64,000 nucleotides of DNA from a virus. Each line of letters opens with the position of its first letter. Within the stretch, counting starts at the first letter, position 1. This document shows positions 34,881 through 45,310 of this stretch, one piece after another. The position numbers and the translations under genes are program-made. The stretch lies in IMG/VR virus record IMGVR_UViG_3300020442_000008, positions 32,001-96,000 of that record. One strand, written 5' to 3'. The notes beneath the pieces are model-generated. The model had not been told where the DNA came from. It saw only the letters and a list, made by a program, of their open reading frames with translations, and searched no databases.

Positions 34881-35462
34881 ATGATAAATCCACTAGAAGT
34901 AACTAACTACAATCGTTCTCAATCCGAACTACAGGAGTTCCTGTTGTTTTGCATCAATGTCGCAGGTAAGAAATCTGCTGTCGAAGCACCCAAGCTAGAA
35001 GTATTCCTGCAGAGGGTAAGAGACCTCACGAAGTCGGACTCACCATTTGAAGGACTCAGGATACTCCAGAAAGAAGGGAACCTGCAGTCCATCATGCATT
35101 GGGCAGCAATCAGTCCATACAGGCAGCGTTACAACAGTTACCAAGATGTTCTATCCCTAGGCAACCTGCGTTCAGTAACACTTCCAAGACTCATGAAGGT
35201 TCGAGGCGTTGGGCTTAAAACTGCACGATTCTTCCTTTCGCATTCTCGTGAAGACTTCGACGAACCAATGCTGGACACACACATTCTACAGTTCCTGAGA
35301 GACCAAGGATATCGTAACGCCCCGAAGAGCACCCCACAAAACGAAGGTATTTATAATTATTACGCAAATGTCTTCAAGATGTTTGCTCGGACACTTGGTC
35401 AATCTGTAACCGACTTAGACTTGACCATCTGGAAACAGTACTCACAAACCACAAACAACTAA
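34881..35462 (+). CDS. HhH/OGG-like DNA glycosylase family protein
   Basis: LLFCINVAGK, LMKVRGVGLKTARFFL, LDTHILQFL, LDLTIW. Confidence 0.7.
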   Translation: MINPLEVTNYNRSQSELQEFLLFCINVAGKKSAVEAPKLEVFLQRVRDLTKSDSPFEGLRILQKEGNLQSIMHWAAISPYRQRYNSYQDVLSLGNLRSVTLPRLMKVRGVGLKTARFFLSHSREDFDEPMLDTHILQFLRDQGYRNAPKSTPQNEGIYNYYANVFKMFARTLGQSVTDLDLTIWKQYSQTTNN

Positions 35463-35637
35463 ATTGGAACTATTAATTATACTGGTAACAGGTATACTTA
35501 TGGGAATAAAATTAGCAATAGAAAGTTGGAAAGATTAATTGCTTAGATATATGAACTAATGAAATTCGAAATAAGTGAATCGCAAATATGAAAATATTAA
35601 ATAACAAGTCAATATATTTTAATCAGAGGGCGCCGCC

Positions 35638-35715
35638 CATCATACTGACTATCAAGGACTTATGAAATTTCGCCAAGTCAAAAACTTGCGTAAGTCTCCG
35701 GCAATCAAAGACTTA
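35638..35715. repeat. Double-palindrome element, copy A
   Basis: Arms ...TATCAAGGACTTA (ends 35662) and TAAGTCTCCGGCAATCAAAGACTTA (35691); 53-bp offset; preceded by GGGCGCCGCCC. Confidence 0.75.
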
Positions 35716-37053
35716 CAACAAAAGTAATTAAAAAGCAAAAAAGGTGTTGACAGGACGACATTCTTTCTCTAGTATAGTATACATGATGAAAAACGATATG
35801 CCTATAAACGAATTATTAAACTTCGATGATCTTGTTTTCAAGCCACATCGCCATGCCGACGGAGTTCAAGCTGTGCTTGACTTGGGAAACGATCTTTCGA
35901 TCTCTGTCGTTGCAAACAATGACGGAGGGCAAGGGTTATATGGTCAAGTCAGTGATGGTCTGTACGAAGTTGCAGTCTTTTACAAGAATGATATGATTCC
36001 TCTCTCTCCTGCAGATGATGTTGTGGGTTGGCAATCTCCTAACCAAATCTCTTATATGATGATGAAGGCTCAAGTAGAAGGGTTTTATTGGGTTGATGAG
36101 CTTAAGGATGCAAAAAGAGAGTATAGAAGAGAATTCGAGCTTGACAATTAATTACCATTAGTATAGGATGATATTATGACAGACGCAGAATTAGTAATGC
36201 AAATCGTTAAAGGAAATCTTGCTTGGCAAGATCCAATGTCTAAGGTTTGCCTCGATCAACATGAGCGACATCCCGAAAAGTTCCCTTTGGGTAGTACCTT
36301 TCAGTCATTCGATGAAGTTTTAGACGACATCATTTTTGACTTGACATCTTTACGAGATGAGCGTAGAATAGAATCATCTTTTCAATCAGCACAACTATAA
36401 CCAAAGAAATTATGTTAACAGATAAAAACCAAATCGCAGAGTTTAGACTCCGCACTCTTCACAAAATGCTAAAGCTTGAAATTCTTGGGATGAAACGCAG
36501 AGGTCAATCGGCTTATGCAATCATAAAGCAAGAAACGGGTCTCACGGGATCAAAGCAAAAAGTTTACGACAAACTAGATGCTTTTCTGAATCCTCAACAT
36601 GATGTAGAAATGGAAAGGGCAATCTACAATGGGTAAGAAGAATAAAGAAAAAGGCATTCCTAGCCAAGAAGCTCATTTGCACTTGCATAAAGTGGCAAAG
36701 AAATCCTCTCACACGGGCAACAAACCTCTTGTTCCACACATTAACAATCCTAATGTTATGGTTACTCAAAAGGTGAGAAAAGCCCAAGAATCGAAAAAAA
36801 ACTCTTGACTTTTAACCCATAATTTGAGATACTTATATCATGTTAGATTATATTGAAGCAAACTGCGTTTTACCGCCACTTGAAAACAAACCATCCTACA
36901 ACGAAGAATCGGGCTTATGGGAACTATACTTTGAGGAGCTTTTACCATCATGGTATGTTAGAGGTGAAGACGAACACCCCGACCTTATCACTCTCAATTT
37001 CGAGACTTGGGATCAAGTCCAAAACACTTTACTACAACTAGAACAAATCAAAC

Positions 37054-37299
37054 ATGAAAGGGACGCTTATGAAGCTACTGAGCAAGATCAAGAATCTGTT
37101 CTCTCCTAAGTACCAAGTGGTATATACCACTCAAGACGGACGGACTGAACGCTATACAATCAACAAACCATCATATGAGTATGAGTTTGGCAACAATCAC
37201 GAAGGAAAGAAAGTCGTTGGCTTTCGCTCCTACTGCCACAATCGGCATGGTGTACGCTCTTTTCGTTACGATAGAGTTGTCGCACTAGAAAGGGCATAA
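37054..37299 (+). CDS. Small WYL-like domain protein
   Basis: YC...GVRSFRYDRV motif. Confidence 0.45.
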   Translation: MKGTLMKLLSKIKNLFSPKYQVVYTTQDGRTERYTINKPSYEYEFGNNHEGKKVVGFRSYCHNRHGVRSFRYDRVVALERA

Positions 37300-37473
37300 T
37301 CCATGAATATAATTGCCTTAAAGAAACAGATTCGCCAACTCGGCTACGAGCTAATGCTTGCAGAAGTTAGCGATTCTTATTGCGAAGACTTCGTAGAGAA
37401 AAGGAAGCTCCACGACTCCTTGCTAGAGCAACTCTACAAGGCGGAAAAAAGAGTTTTCTGATCTTTACCCTCC

Positions 37474-37553
37474 TAAACCATTATCCCCCAAGCACTTGGG
37501 GGATTTTTGGCATAGGCCGGCCGGCCCGTAAGTCCTTGGTATAGAGTGAGTTA
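37474..37553. repeat. Double-palindrome element, copy B
   Basis: Arms at 37474 (TAAACCATTATCCCCCAAGCACTTG) and 37529 (TAAGTCCTTGGTATAGAGTGAGTTA), 55-bp offset; GGCCGGCCGGCCCG core; first arm overlaps a terminator-like hairpin. Confidence 0.75.
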
Positions 37554-37929
37554 AGCAACAAAAAAAATGTGTTTATTAGTCATTTTATGCTTGCAGTTTG
37601 CACCGATTCTGTCATACTTATAGTTATGATAATTAATGAAGAATACCAATCGGATGAAAACCCTAACGCTGAACTCGTTGTCGAGGCAATCATGGATCAG
37701 ATCGCAACTATCCTTATTCAACCTATGCACGACAAACTTACCGCTGAAGATCAACTGACCCTTGGTCTTGTGGCAAATGCCCTAAAAGTATTGGGCAAGA
37801 AAGCTCAAGCATATGAAAACTTGGAAAACGGAGAACTTCCCCAAGATTGGAAAAATTAGTGCTTGACTTTTTATATATTTTCACTTATACTTATATCATA
37901 ACAATCGAAAATCCTAAACTTAAAAAATT

Positions 37930-38727
37930 ATGTTAGATACAACTCAAGAAACTCCTCGTCTTAACCTTCGCATTTGCGGTAACAGATCAACAATCGTTGA
38001 CATGGATGCCGTTCGTAGAGTACCAACTCCACAAGCAACGAATCGTTGGAAACCTATTGCACACTCAAAAGTTGTCGATACAACTCGAAACACTCTTGAG
38101 GATAAAGGTTTTGAAATTCTCAACGAATGTCACAATGTCACCAAAGGTGGCGAGCATTACTTTGGAATGTTCCAAGTTAATCATGCTGACCTTTCCGATA
38201 ATGGCGGTGAGCGTGGTTGCGTTGTGGGCATGAGAAATTCCCATGACAAACTTTTCGCAGCAGGTCTGTGTGCAGGTGACGCACCATTCATCTGTGACAA
38301 TCTTATTTTTCACAACGAAGTTGTCTTCACTCGCAAACATGTTGGCGATGTTTATGGAGAACTCGTAACAAGGGTGAACAAAATCACCGAGTATCTTATT
38401 CCTATGTGGACTCGTCAAAATGATCGTGTGCAAGCCTACAAAGACCTTGCGGTCAATGATCGTGAAGCTCAGCATCTCATTTTCGATGTTTACGAAGCAG
38501 GAATTAAGACTAATTTGATTGGCAAGTCTATGCTCGCTCAAGCGTGGGAGCAATGGAAAGATTCTGACCACAAGGTTTTCCAAGACCGCAATCTCAATTC
38601 ATTGTACAATGCTTTCACAGAAGTGAGCAAAGGACGCAATGTTATGCACTTGCCCAAACGCTCTGAAATTTTCCACAACGCTTTTGATCCTGTCGCAGGG
38701 GTTGAAGCAGTCGAACTTGTCGCTTAA
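37930..38727 (+). CDS. DUF932/DUF945-like phage protein
   Basis: PTP..T..WKPIAH, YFG, GMRNSHDK, ICDNL, RKH, LYNAFTE. Confidence 0.7.
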   Translation: MLDTTQETPRLNLRICGNRSTIVDMDAVRRVPTPQATNRWKPIAHSKVVDTTRNTLEDKGFEILNECHNVTKGGEHYFGMFQVNHADLSDNGGERGCVVGMRNSHDKLFAAGLCAGDAPFICDNLIFHNEVVFTRKHVGDVYGELVTRVNKITEYLIPMWTRQNDRVQAYKDLAVNDREAQHLIFDVYEAGIKTNLIGKSMLAQAWEQWKDSDHKVFQDRNLNSLYNAFTEVSKGRNVMHLPKRSEIFHNAFDPVAGVEAVELVA

Positions 38728-39000
38728 TTTTAACACTAAAACAAAGGATATACATTATGAAATGCCGTAATCTCAACGAAGTACTCGATTCACGCAAAGG
38801 ACGATTTGTTTCCGTCCTTCTAAAGAATGGTCTGAAGCGTGAGCTTTATTCAGCTAAAGTTCACGACTACAATTCTAAAGTCGTCCGTTTCCGTGACACT
38901 AATGGAGGCGAGCGTAGAGTTGACCGCTCTATGGTTGTAAGGGCTAAGGTTGCCGAGCGTTATTTCAAACGCTCAAGGAGTTAACCAAAGCTCTCCTTCA

Positions 39001-39031
39001 AAAAACCCTTGGGAAACCAAGGGTTTTTTTT
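39001..39031 (+). terminator. Intrinsic terminator
   Basis: AAAAACCCTTGG-GAAA-CCAAGGG followed by T8. Confidence 0.85.
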
Positions 39032-39037
39032 GTGCCC

Positions 39038-39117
39038 TAAGTTATTTACTATCAAGGACTTCCAGGCTTGCCGGCCCAGGCAAAACTTGGCGTAAGTCTT
39101 TGATTATCAGGTGTTTG
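39038..39117. repeat. Double-palindrome element, copy C
   Basis: Arms at 39038 (TAAGTTATTTACTATCAAGGACTTC) and 39093 (TAAGTCTTTGATTATCAGGTGTTTG), 55-bp offset; GCCGGCCC core. Confidence 0.8.
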
Positions 39118-39173
39118 AAGCTTAAGAAAAAAAAGTGTTGACAGGTGCCTAGTTATAGTGTTATAGTATAGGT

Positions 39174-39575
39174 ATGATTAGAACAAAGACAGACTCTCGC
39201 TACGACATCGACTATGACCGTAAGGTGTTCGTATATAAAAACCTTCACAAGAATTGCTGGAGCATCCGCCAGGACGGGTTAGTCAAAGCTCATTCAGATG
39301 GTTCACCAATTTGCTTATATTCAGCAGTCATGAAAGTTAACCAAAAAGGTCGAGAGCGTGTGATTCGAGAAAAGAGTAAAAATGTTCATGCAGGTATTTT
39401 GGGTTACCTTAGATTTCCTATGATGGAAGTATGGCACGGATGGGTTGACATGATCGAGATTACATATAACCCTTACAAGTATCATTCTTTTGTAGATGTT
39501 GAAAACAAGAAGACAAGATACTTCGCAAGCTTCTGTAAACTTTATCAAGATAAAGTTTTAGTTGATCGTTATTAA
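39174..39575 (+). CDS. Conserved phage hypothetical protein
   Basis: VYKNLHK.CWSIR...GRERV.REK.KNVHA...YNPYK motif. Confidence 0.6.
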   Translation: MIRTKTDSRYDIDYDRKVFVYKNLHKNCWSIRQDGLVKAHSDGSPICLYSAVMKVNQKGRERVIREKSKNVHAGILGYLRFPMMEVWHGWVDMIEITYNPYKYHSFVDVENKKTRYFASFCKLYQDKVLVDRY

Positions 39576-39613
39576 GGGTTGACAAGTTAATTTATTTTTA
39601 TTAGTATAGTATC

Positions 39614-40354
39614 ATGATTAAAACAACACTTCTCACATCAGGTAATCAAAAAATTCTCAAAGGAGAAAAAATGGGTTACATCACGAAAGGCATCCACCTT
39701 GCCCCTGCCAATCTTGCGGGCTATGAAGTTTGCCAATGGCGTTCCAAAGGATGCACTGCTTCTTGTCTCAACACGGCTGGTCGTGGGCAAATGAACTCTG
39801 TTCAGCAGTCACGCATTGCCAAGACAAAGCTATTCTTCGAGCAACGCAAAGATTTCATGATTAAGCTTTGCAAAGAAATTGCTTCGACCATTAAGTCGGC
39901 AAGCAAGAAAGAGATGAAAGCAGTTTTCCGTCTCAATCTCACAAGTGACATTAAATGGGAGGATGTTTACATGAAAGATCCAAACTATAACATTTTTGAA
40001 TACTTTTGTGCAGAACAATTCTACGACTACACAAAGTCATTTAAGAGAATGTGTGCTTATCTTGGCAAGCCATTCACCAAAGATGAAGCAAAGTTTCCGT
40101 CCAATTATCATCTAACTTTTTCTCGTTCAGAACACAACGATAAGAAGTGTGAAATGGTTCTTGCTATGGGTGGCAATGTTGCCGTGGTGTTTCGCAATCA
40201 ATTACCAAAGACTTGGAAAGGTTACGAAGTTGTTAATGGTGATGAAACTGATTTGCGTTTCCTTGACAAAAAAGGTGTTGTCGTTGGGCTTATCGAAAAA
40301 GGTATGGCAAAGAAAGATGAGACAGGATTCGTGCAAGAAGGTATTGACTCTTAA
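39614..40354 (+). CDS. Gp88-like phage protein (Cys cluster)
   Basis: HLAPA, C-W-S-GC-ASCL-AGRG, RLN-TSDI-W, FYDYTK, NYHLTFS-SE, GD-TDLRFLD. Confidence 0.7.
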   Translation: MIKTTLLTSGNQKILKGEKMGYITKGIHLAPANLAGYEVCQWRSKGCTASCLNTAGRGQMNSVQQSRIAKTKLFFEQRKDFMIKLCKEIASTIKSASKKEMKAVFRLNLTSDIKWEDVYMKDPNYNIFEYFCAEQFYDYTKSFKRMCAYLGKPFTKDEAKFPSNYHLTFSRSEHNDKKCEMVLAMGGNVAVVFRNQLPKTWKGYEVVNGDETDLRFLDKKGVVVGLIEKGMAKKDETGFVQEGIDS

Positions 40355-40666
40355 TTGCAATTTGATATAATTATAGTATGAGAAAAACAAAATTCATATT
40401 GACTTTATCAAACGACAAAATTCCAATCATTGCAGAAGTTTGTGCTTTAAGAGTTTTAGAGAATGATGAAAAAGTATTAGGCAAAGCTTGCGTGGAAGCA
40501 AACATTAAGTCAAAAAACTTCATAGACATAACAAGAAAAGCCAACTATAAAGAAGGAAAGTTATATGCTCATGCGGATTATGTATAAGCGAAAAACCGCC
40601 ACGCAAATAGAAGAATGACAAATAGATAAATAGCAAATAGTATATATTTACCAATAAAAAATTCCA

Positions 40667-40746
40667 TAACCTTTTCATTATCAATGACTTATGGGATTTT
40701 TTTGCTAGGCCAGGGTTTGCGTAAGTCTCCGACAATCAAGGACTTA
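40667..40746. repeat. Double-palindrome element, copy D (at the strand switch)
   Basis: Arms at 40667 (TAACCTTTTCATTATCAATGACTTA) and 40722 (TAAGTCTCCGACAATCAAGGACTTA), 55-bp offset; second arm nearly identical to copy A. Confidence 0.8.
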
Positions 40747-40748
40747 CA

Positions 40749-40916
40749 TCACGAGAAAAAAGGATGCTTGACCACTGAAGACATCGGGACACAAACCCGC
40801 CTCTGTGAGCGGTAGACCCTCGCAAGGACGAAGGTCTCGGCTCCGTCTTTGTAAGTGCCCTCGACATGGAGGATTCGCTTTTTATAGTCTACCACGACAT
40901 CATTTTTTTTAATCAT
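40749..40916 (-). CDS. Small hypothetical protein (55 aa, missing from ORF track)
   Basis: MIKKNDVVVDYKKRILHVEGTYKDGAETFVLARVYRSQRRVCVPMSSVVKHPFFS; innermost gene of the - strand block. Confidence 0.6.
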   Translation of the reverse strand: MIKKNDVVVDYKKRILHVEGTYKDGAETFVLARVYRSQRRVCVPMSSVVKHPFFS

Positions 40917-41699
40917 AATTTTATCCTATTCTATCGGCTCAACTCGCCTTTGATCAATTCTTTTATTAATGCGAACAATCCCACAACACCTAGCAATGTG
41001 ACCAATTCCATTATTTATTTGTCTGAAGGAACAAAGTCAAGCTCACGATTGTCAAGGATGTATCCTATGACTTTATTGACCTTTTCGATTGTATCGTCGA
41101 GGGTCTTTTTGGAATGTTCTGTGGCTTTCATTTCTTCAAGCACGGAACGCAAGAACTTGAGATTTCCGTTTGCGGAAGCAAGCTTCATTGCGGTATTGTC
41201 GAGGAGTTTTTCGTCTTTGAGTGTTTCGATAATCATAAGTCTATTCTAAGGATTTAAGGTTAAAAGTCAAGCTTTTTTTTTCACTCCCACTCGGAGTGAT
41301 GACCGAAGTCGATGTCCTCGACCTCTTGGAAGTCAAGGAGGGAAATCCTGTCTTGCAGGTCTCCGATTTCGTTGCGGTACGCAACGAGGTCAGCGGAGGT
41401 GAGGACGGAATCCGCGATGATTTCGCGGAGGAGAGAAATTTTGTTGAGCATTTCGGATTTTGTCATAATTTTTTGTGTTAGGTTTTCTTTATTTTATATT
41501 TACAATGTATCAGAGTTTTGCGGAAAAGTCAAGAACTTTTTTTACTTTTTTTCAATTTTGGAATTACGAATTTGCAGAGGATTTTTTCTCTTTCTGTGAG
41601 TTGGGCTTTTTCAATCTTAATCATACCTATAATGTAGCACAAAAACCCCGAAAAGTCAAGAAAAATCTTTAACTATTTTTTTGCACAATTCTCCTAGCG

Positions 41700-41779
41700 T
41701 AAGTTGTTCTTTACCAAAGACTTCCGGCATAGCCGGCAGGGGCGACCGGCGCCCTAAGTCTTTGATGGTGTGTGACTTA
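41700..41779. repeat. Double-palindrome element, copy E
   Basis: Arms at 41700 and 41755 (55 bp); core CGGCATAGCCGGCAGGGGCGACCGGCGCCC. Confidence 0.85.
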
Positions 41780-42085
41780 GAACACGAGAGATTCAAGATT
41801 CTGATTTTGAACGGCAAACCAATCGGATGGGTTAATGATGTGACCGTTTAGTACAGGCTCAAAGTTGACCTGATGAACTCCGGCATTGACTATTCCGTTC
41901 ACTCGCTCACGAGTGGTTGGAGTGTTCCAGCCAGCCAGAGACCATATCACAAACCCGCTTGCATCACGCTTGATTATAGCGTTGCCATGCAACCAAACGG
42001 TGTTGCCGTCAGTGCGAGTGTTGCCAACTGTCAAAGGTTGGCGAGATTCAAAAGCTTGTTTTATTTGTTGTGTTACTTTTCTCAT
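41777..42085 (-). CDS. Conserved phage hypothetical protein
   Basis: GNT....VWLHGNAI...LAGW.TPTTRER.N motif. Confidence 0.6.
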   Translation of the reverse strand: MRKVTQQIKQAFESRQPLTVGNTRTDGNTVWLHGNAIIKRDASGFVIWSLAGWNTPTTRERVNGIVNAGVHQVNFEPVLNGHIINPSDWFAVQNQNLESLVF

Positions 42086-42272
42086 TGTTATATATTAAGA
42101 TTTTTTTTCGGGTTTTGCAAGTAAAAAGTTCAAGAAAGTTTCTTGAGCCTTTTGGTTGTCCAGGAGTTCGTCAAGTTCAATTTGTGCATTTATTACCATC
42201 TGCTGGCTTTGAATGTGTCCTGCTTCTGCGATAGGGTTGAAAACCCTGATGAGTTCTTTGAGTTCTTTGATT

Positions 42273-42431
42273 CTATCCATGGCTTGAGAGAATTGGGGCT
42301 TGGGTTTTGACTTGTAACTGCTTTGCTTTTTTCATGGCTTTTGCGTGAGTCTTTGCGTTGTCTACGATTTTCCCAAAAAGTCGGATATCGAACCAATTTG
42401 AGAAGTTTGGGTTTTTGTCAACATTTATCAT
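42273..42431 (-). CDS. Microprotein, paralog 1 (52 aa, missing from ORF track)
   Basis: MINVDKNPNFSNWFDIRLFGKIVDNAKTHAKAMKKAK...; own leftward promoter; paralog at 45066-45239. Confidence 0.7.
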   Translation of the reverse strand: MINVDKNPNFSNWFDIRLFGKIVDNAKTHAKAMKKAKQLQVKTQAPILSSHG

Positions 42432-43042
42432 AAGCTTTTATACTATATCTTAAGGTTTAAAAAGTCAAGCTTTATCTCCAACTTTTTAGAGAAAAATTTG
42501 TCTGATGTGCCGAGACGGGCAAACCTTGCGTTGGCAAGTCTTTTGCGAAGTCATCAAAAAAGGCAACCGCTTCCGATAGCTCGTCAGCGTGGATTTGCTC
42601 CTCAAGCTTTTTCAACTCGTCCTGTGCATGGCTGAGATGCAACGCCCGAATGGAACGCAAGGATTCCTTGCGAGAGCGGTTGAGTTTGTCTTGCCAAAAG
42701 GCAATTTCCTTTTGGAGCTTTTCTATCTTTTCAATTTTATTCATGCCTACAATATATCTCAAAAAGGTTGGGAAGTCAAGCTTTTTTTACATTATTTTTC
42801 ATCGCAATCTTGTTTTGCAAATCCCATTCGTCGAGCCAAGCTTGGTTTTTTGCCAAAGCATCCTTGGCAATTTCAACCACGACAGGGTCGCTATCGTGGG
42901 CAATGGTCTCCCGAAGGAATACCATATCGGCTTTGACTTTAGAGATGAGTCTTATTGAATTAAACATACCTATAAGGTATCAGAAAAACCGACATTTGTA
43001 AAGCCTAAAATTAAACTATTTTTTTGCACGATTCTGCTGTCG

Positions 43043-43122
43043 TAAGTCATTGTTAGTTAGAGACTTCCGGCGCAGCCGGCCTGGCCGGCCAGGCCCGCAA
43101 GTCCTTGGCTAACAAAGGTTTA
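43043..43122. repeat. Double-palindrome element, copy F
   Basis: Arms at 43043 and 43098 (55 bp); core CGGCGCAGCCGGCCTGGCCGGCCAGGCCCG. Confidence 0.85.
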
Positions 43123-43570
43123 GGTCGTTTTTTCGAGGCTTTCGACCCATCTTCCGACTAGCTCTATATCGTGAAAAATGTGGTCAATCGGCTTATCTTC
43201 GCATTCGTCGTAATGCTTTGCCTCGTCGAAGTAGTAAGTGCAAACGATTTTTTGAATGGAATTGATAACAGGTTCAGGTATGTCTTGCATTTTCATTTTC
43301 ATTTTTAGTTTAACTCGTTAAAGTAGTTTTCTTCAATGATTTCTGTACCGATAAACTCACGGCATCGAGATAGGTCTTGCTCTAAGTAGTACCGAACGGC
43401 TTTGGCTACAATTTGATTATCTTCCTTGTAGGGAAGTTCGTCTTTTACTCTCGCCACTATGGCGTCAATCCACTTTGGCACGATGTCTTTTTCAATTTTC
43501 ATGAGTATGATTTTAGTAATTTTTGAGCCGATTGCAAGATTTTTTTTCGTTTTAGTTAAGTTTTTTTTGG

Positions 43571-43690
43571 TTATCTGCGGGGAGCCAAGTCCCGCCGTTT
43601 ACGGCTCTTAGTTTGGGATTTTCATTTTCATATCTGCGGGGAGCCAAGTCCCGCCGTTTACGGCTCTTAGTTGGGAATTTTCTTAATCAT
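43571..43690 (-). repeat. Tandem duplicated unit: 7-codon minigene plus structured GC-rich segment
   Basis: Two copies of TATCTGCGGGGAGCCAAGTCCCGCCGTTTACGGCTCTTAGTT, 59-bp period; - strand reads MIKKIPN* and MKMKIPN*. Confidence 0.85.
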
Positions 43691-43760
43691 ACCTATAACA
43701 TAGCACAGAAACTCAGAAAAGTCAAGAAAAATCTTTAACTATTTTTTCAGATTTGTGTCG

Positions 43761-43840
43761 TAACTCTTTGAACTGGAGCGACTTGCGACAGATTTTCGGG
43801 GGGCGACCGGCGCCCTAAGTCTTTGATTACCAAGGCTTTT
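43761..43840. repeat. Double-palindrome element, copy G
   Basis: Arms at 43761 and 43816 (55 bp); core ends GGGGGCGACCGGCGCCC. Confidence 0.85.
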
Positions 43841-45065
43841 CGTCTTCTTTCATATCTTGCCACATGAGATAGAAAACTACAAGCCAAGGAGAGAATAGGA
43901 TAATTTCGATCATAATGTTATTTTTTGCGTTGTTCGTGCAGTATGGTCTGAAGCTTTTTTCGGGCTTCTTGGACTGCGTGGAGAGCGTCGAGGATCGCGA
44001 TGCCTTGCGTGATGCTCAAGGTTTGGTCTCCTTCGGTGTTGGTTGACCCAGCAAGAAAGTTGAGATTGCCTTCTGCTTTAGAGAGAGCAAGTCCGAGATC
44101 CAACTCGGGAAAATCCATTTTGCTTGATTCGTTCATGCTACTGATTTCGTTTTGATTGTTTGGTGTTCGCTTTTTAAAGCTTTGGTGATCTTGCTCATGG
44201 CAAGGGCGTTTAAACTAATTTGTTTTAAGAATGTTTCAATCTTTATCATATTACTAATCTATAAAAGTTTTGGGCAAAAGTCAAGTTTTTTTTAAATTAT
44301 TTTTCCCATATTTGGTTGATGTAAAAAACGGCTTGATCTCCTTCTTTTGGAAACATTCCCCTTTGAAGTTGCACTTTTGTTTGCAACTTGCGAACCATAG
44401 CAAAAAACTTGCGTCTAGCTTCAGGCTTGTCTTCAGCTTCAACGGAGAGAATGTTGTTTGTCATGTGCGTATCAACAAAGGAATTTGTGTTTGTGTTCCA
44501 TAAAGGAAGCTTTTCCTTGCTATCAATGGAAGAGACATGAATGTTTGCAGTGAATGTTTTATTTTTAATCATGTATATAATTTAAAGGATTTCTTTGTAA
44601 AAGTCAAACTTTTTTTTAATTATTTTACAGCTTGTTTGATCATTTCAAAAGTCCAAACGTGACCTCCTGGGCATTCCCAAAGGTCGAAAGCCTCGGACAT
44701 CGGGCTTGCTTGGATACGCTGAAGACCATTTTCTTCAATGAATTTTTGTATTTCTTTAGTTAACATATTTTCTATTATAAGGATTTAAGGTTTAAAGTCA
44801 AGCGTTTCTTTCAACGGATCTCCAACCATAACGAGCGACTTCGTCATTATAGCGAGCTTCGGGAAGCCTTGATTTTAGGCTTTTGATATTGGCGAGAATC
44901 ATCTCGCGAGTGTGACCTGTGGCGGGCACGAAGCCTTTACCACTTTCGTAGTGATGTTTTTCGAGGCTAGACTCGAGCATTTGAATGTCGAACTTTATTG
45001 ATTCTGTTTCTGTCATTTTCATATTTACAATCTACTATATTTTTACTAAAAAGTCAAGCTTTATT

Positions 45066-45239
45066 TTACTTTTTTTTACTTATTCTTGCACCTGTGGTGA
45101 TGGTGTTTGGAAGTTCTTTTTTAAGCCTTTCAGCTATTTGCATAGCTTGGGCGTGTGTCCTTGCGTTGTCTACTAGCACATCATTAACTAGCACATTAAA
45201 CCATTCTGAGAAGTTAGCATTTCGTATTATCTTAATCAT
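45066..45239 (-). CDS. Microprotein, paralog 2 (57 aa, missing from ORF track)
   Basis: MIKIIRNANFSEWFNVLVNDVLVDNARTHAQAMQIAE... Confidence 0.7.
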   Translation of the reverse strand: MIKIIRNANFSEWFNVLVNDVLVDNARTHAQAMQIAERLKKELPNTITTGARISKKK

Positions 45240-45310
45240 ACTAACAACATAGCACTATATGGGGCAAAAGTCAAGTATTATTTTACTTTTTTTTTATTTT
45301 TTTTCTATTA

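Noticed and set aside
43571-43690. Stop-codon readthrough signal after KIPN
   Set aside because: A second in-frame TAA follows two codons later, so readthrough yields no longer product
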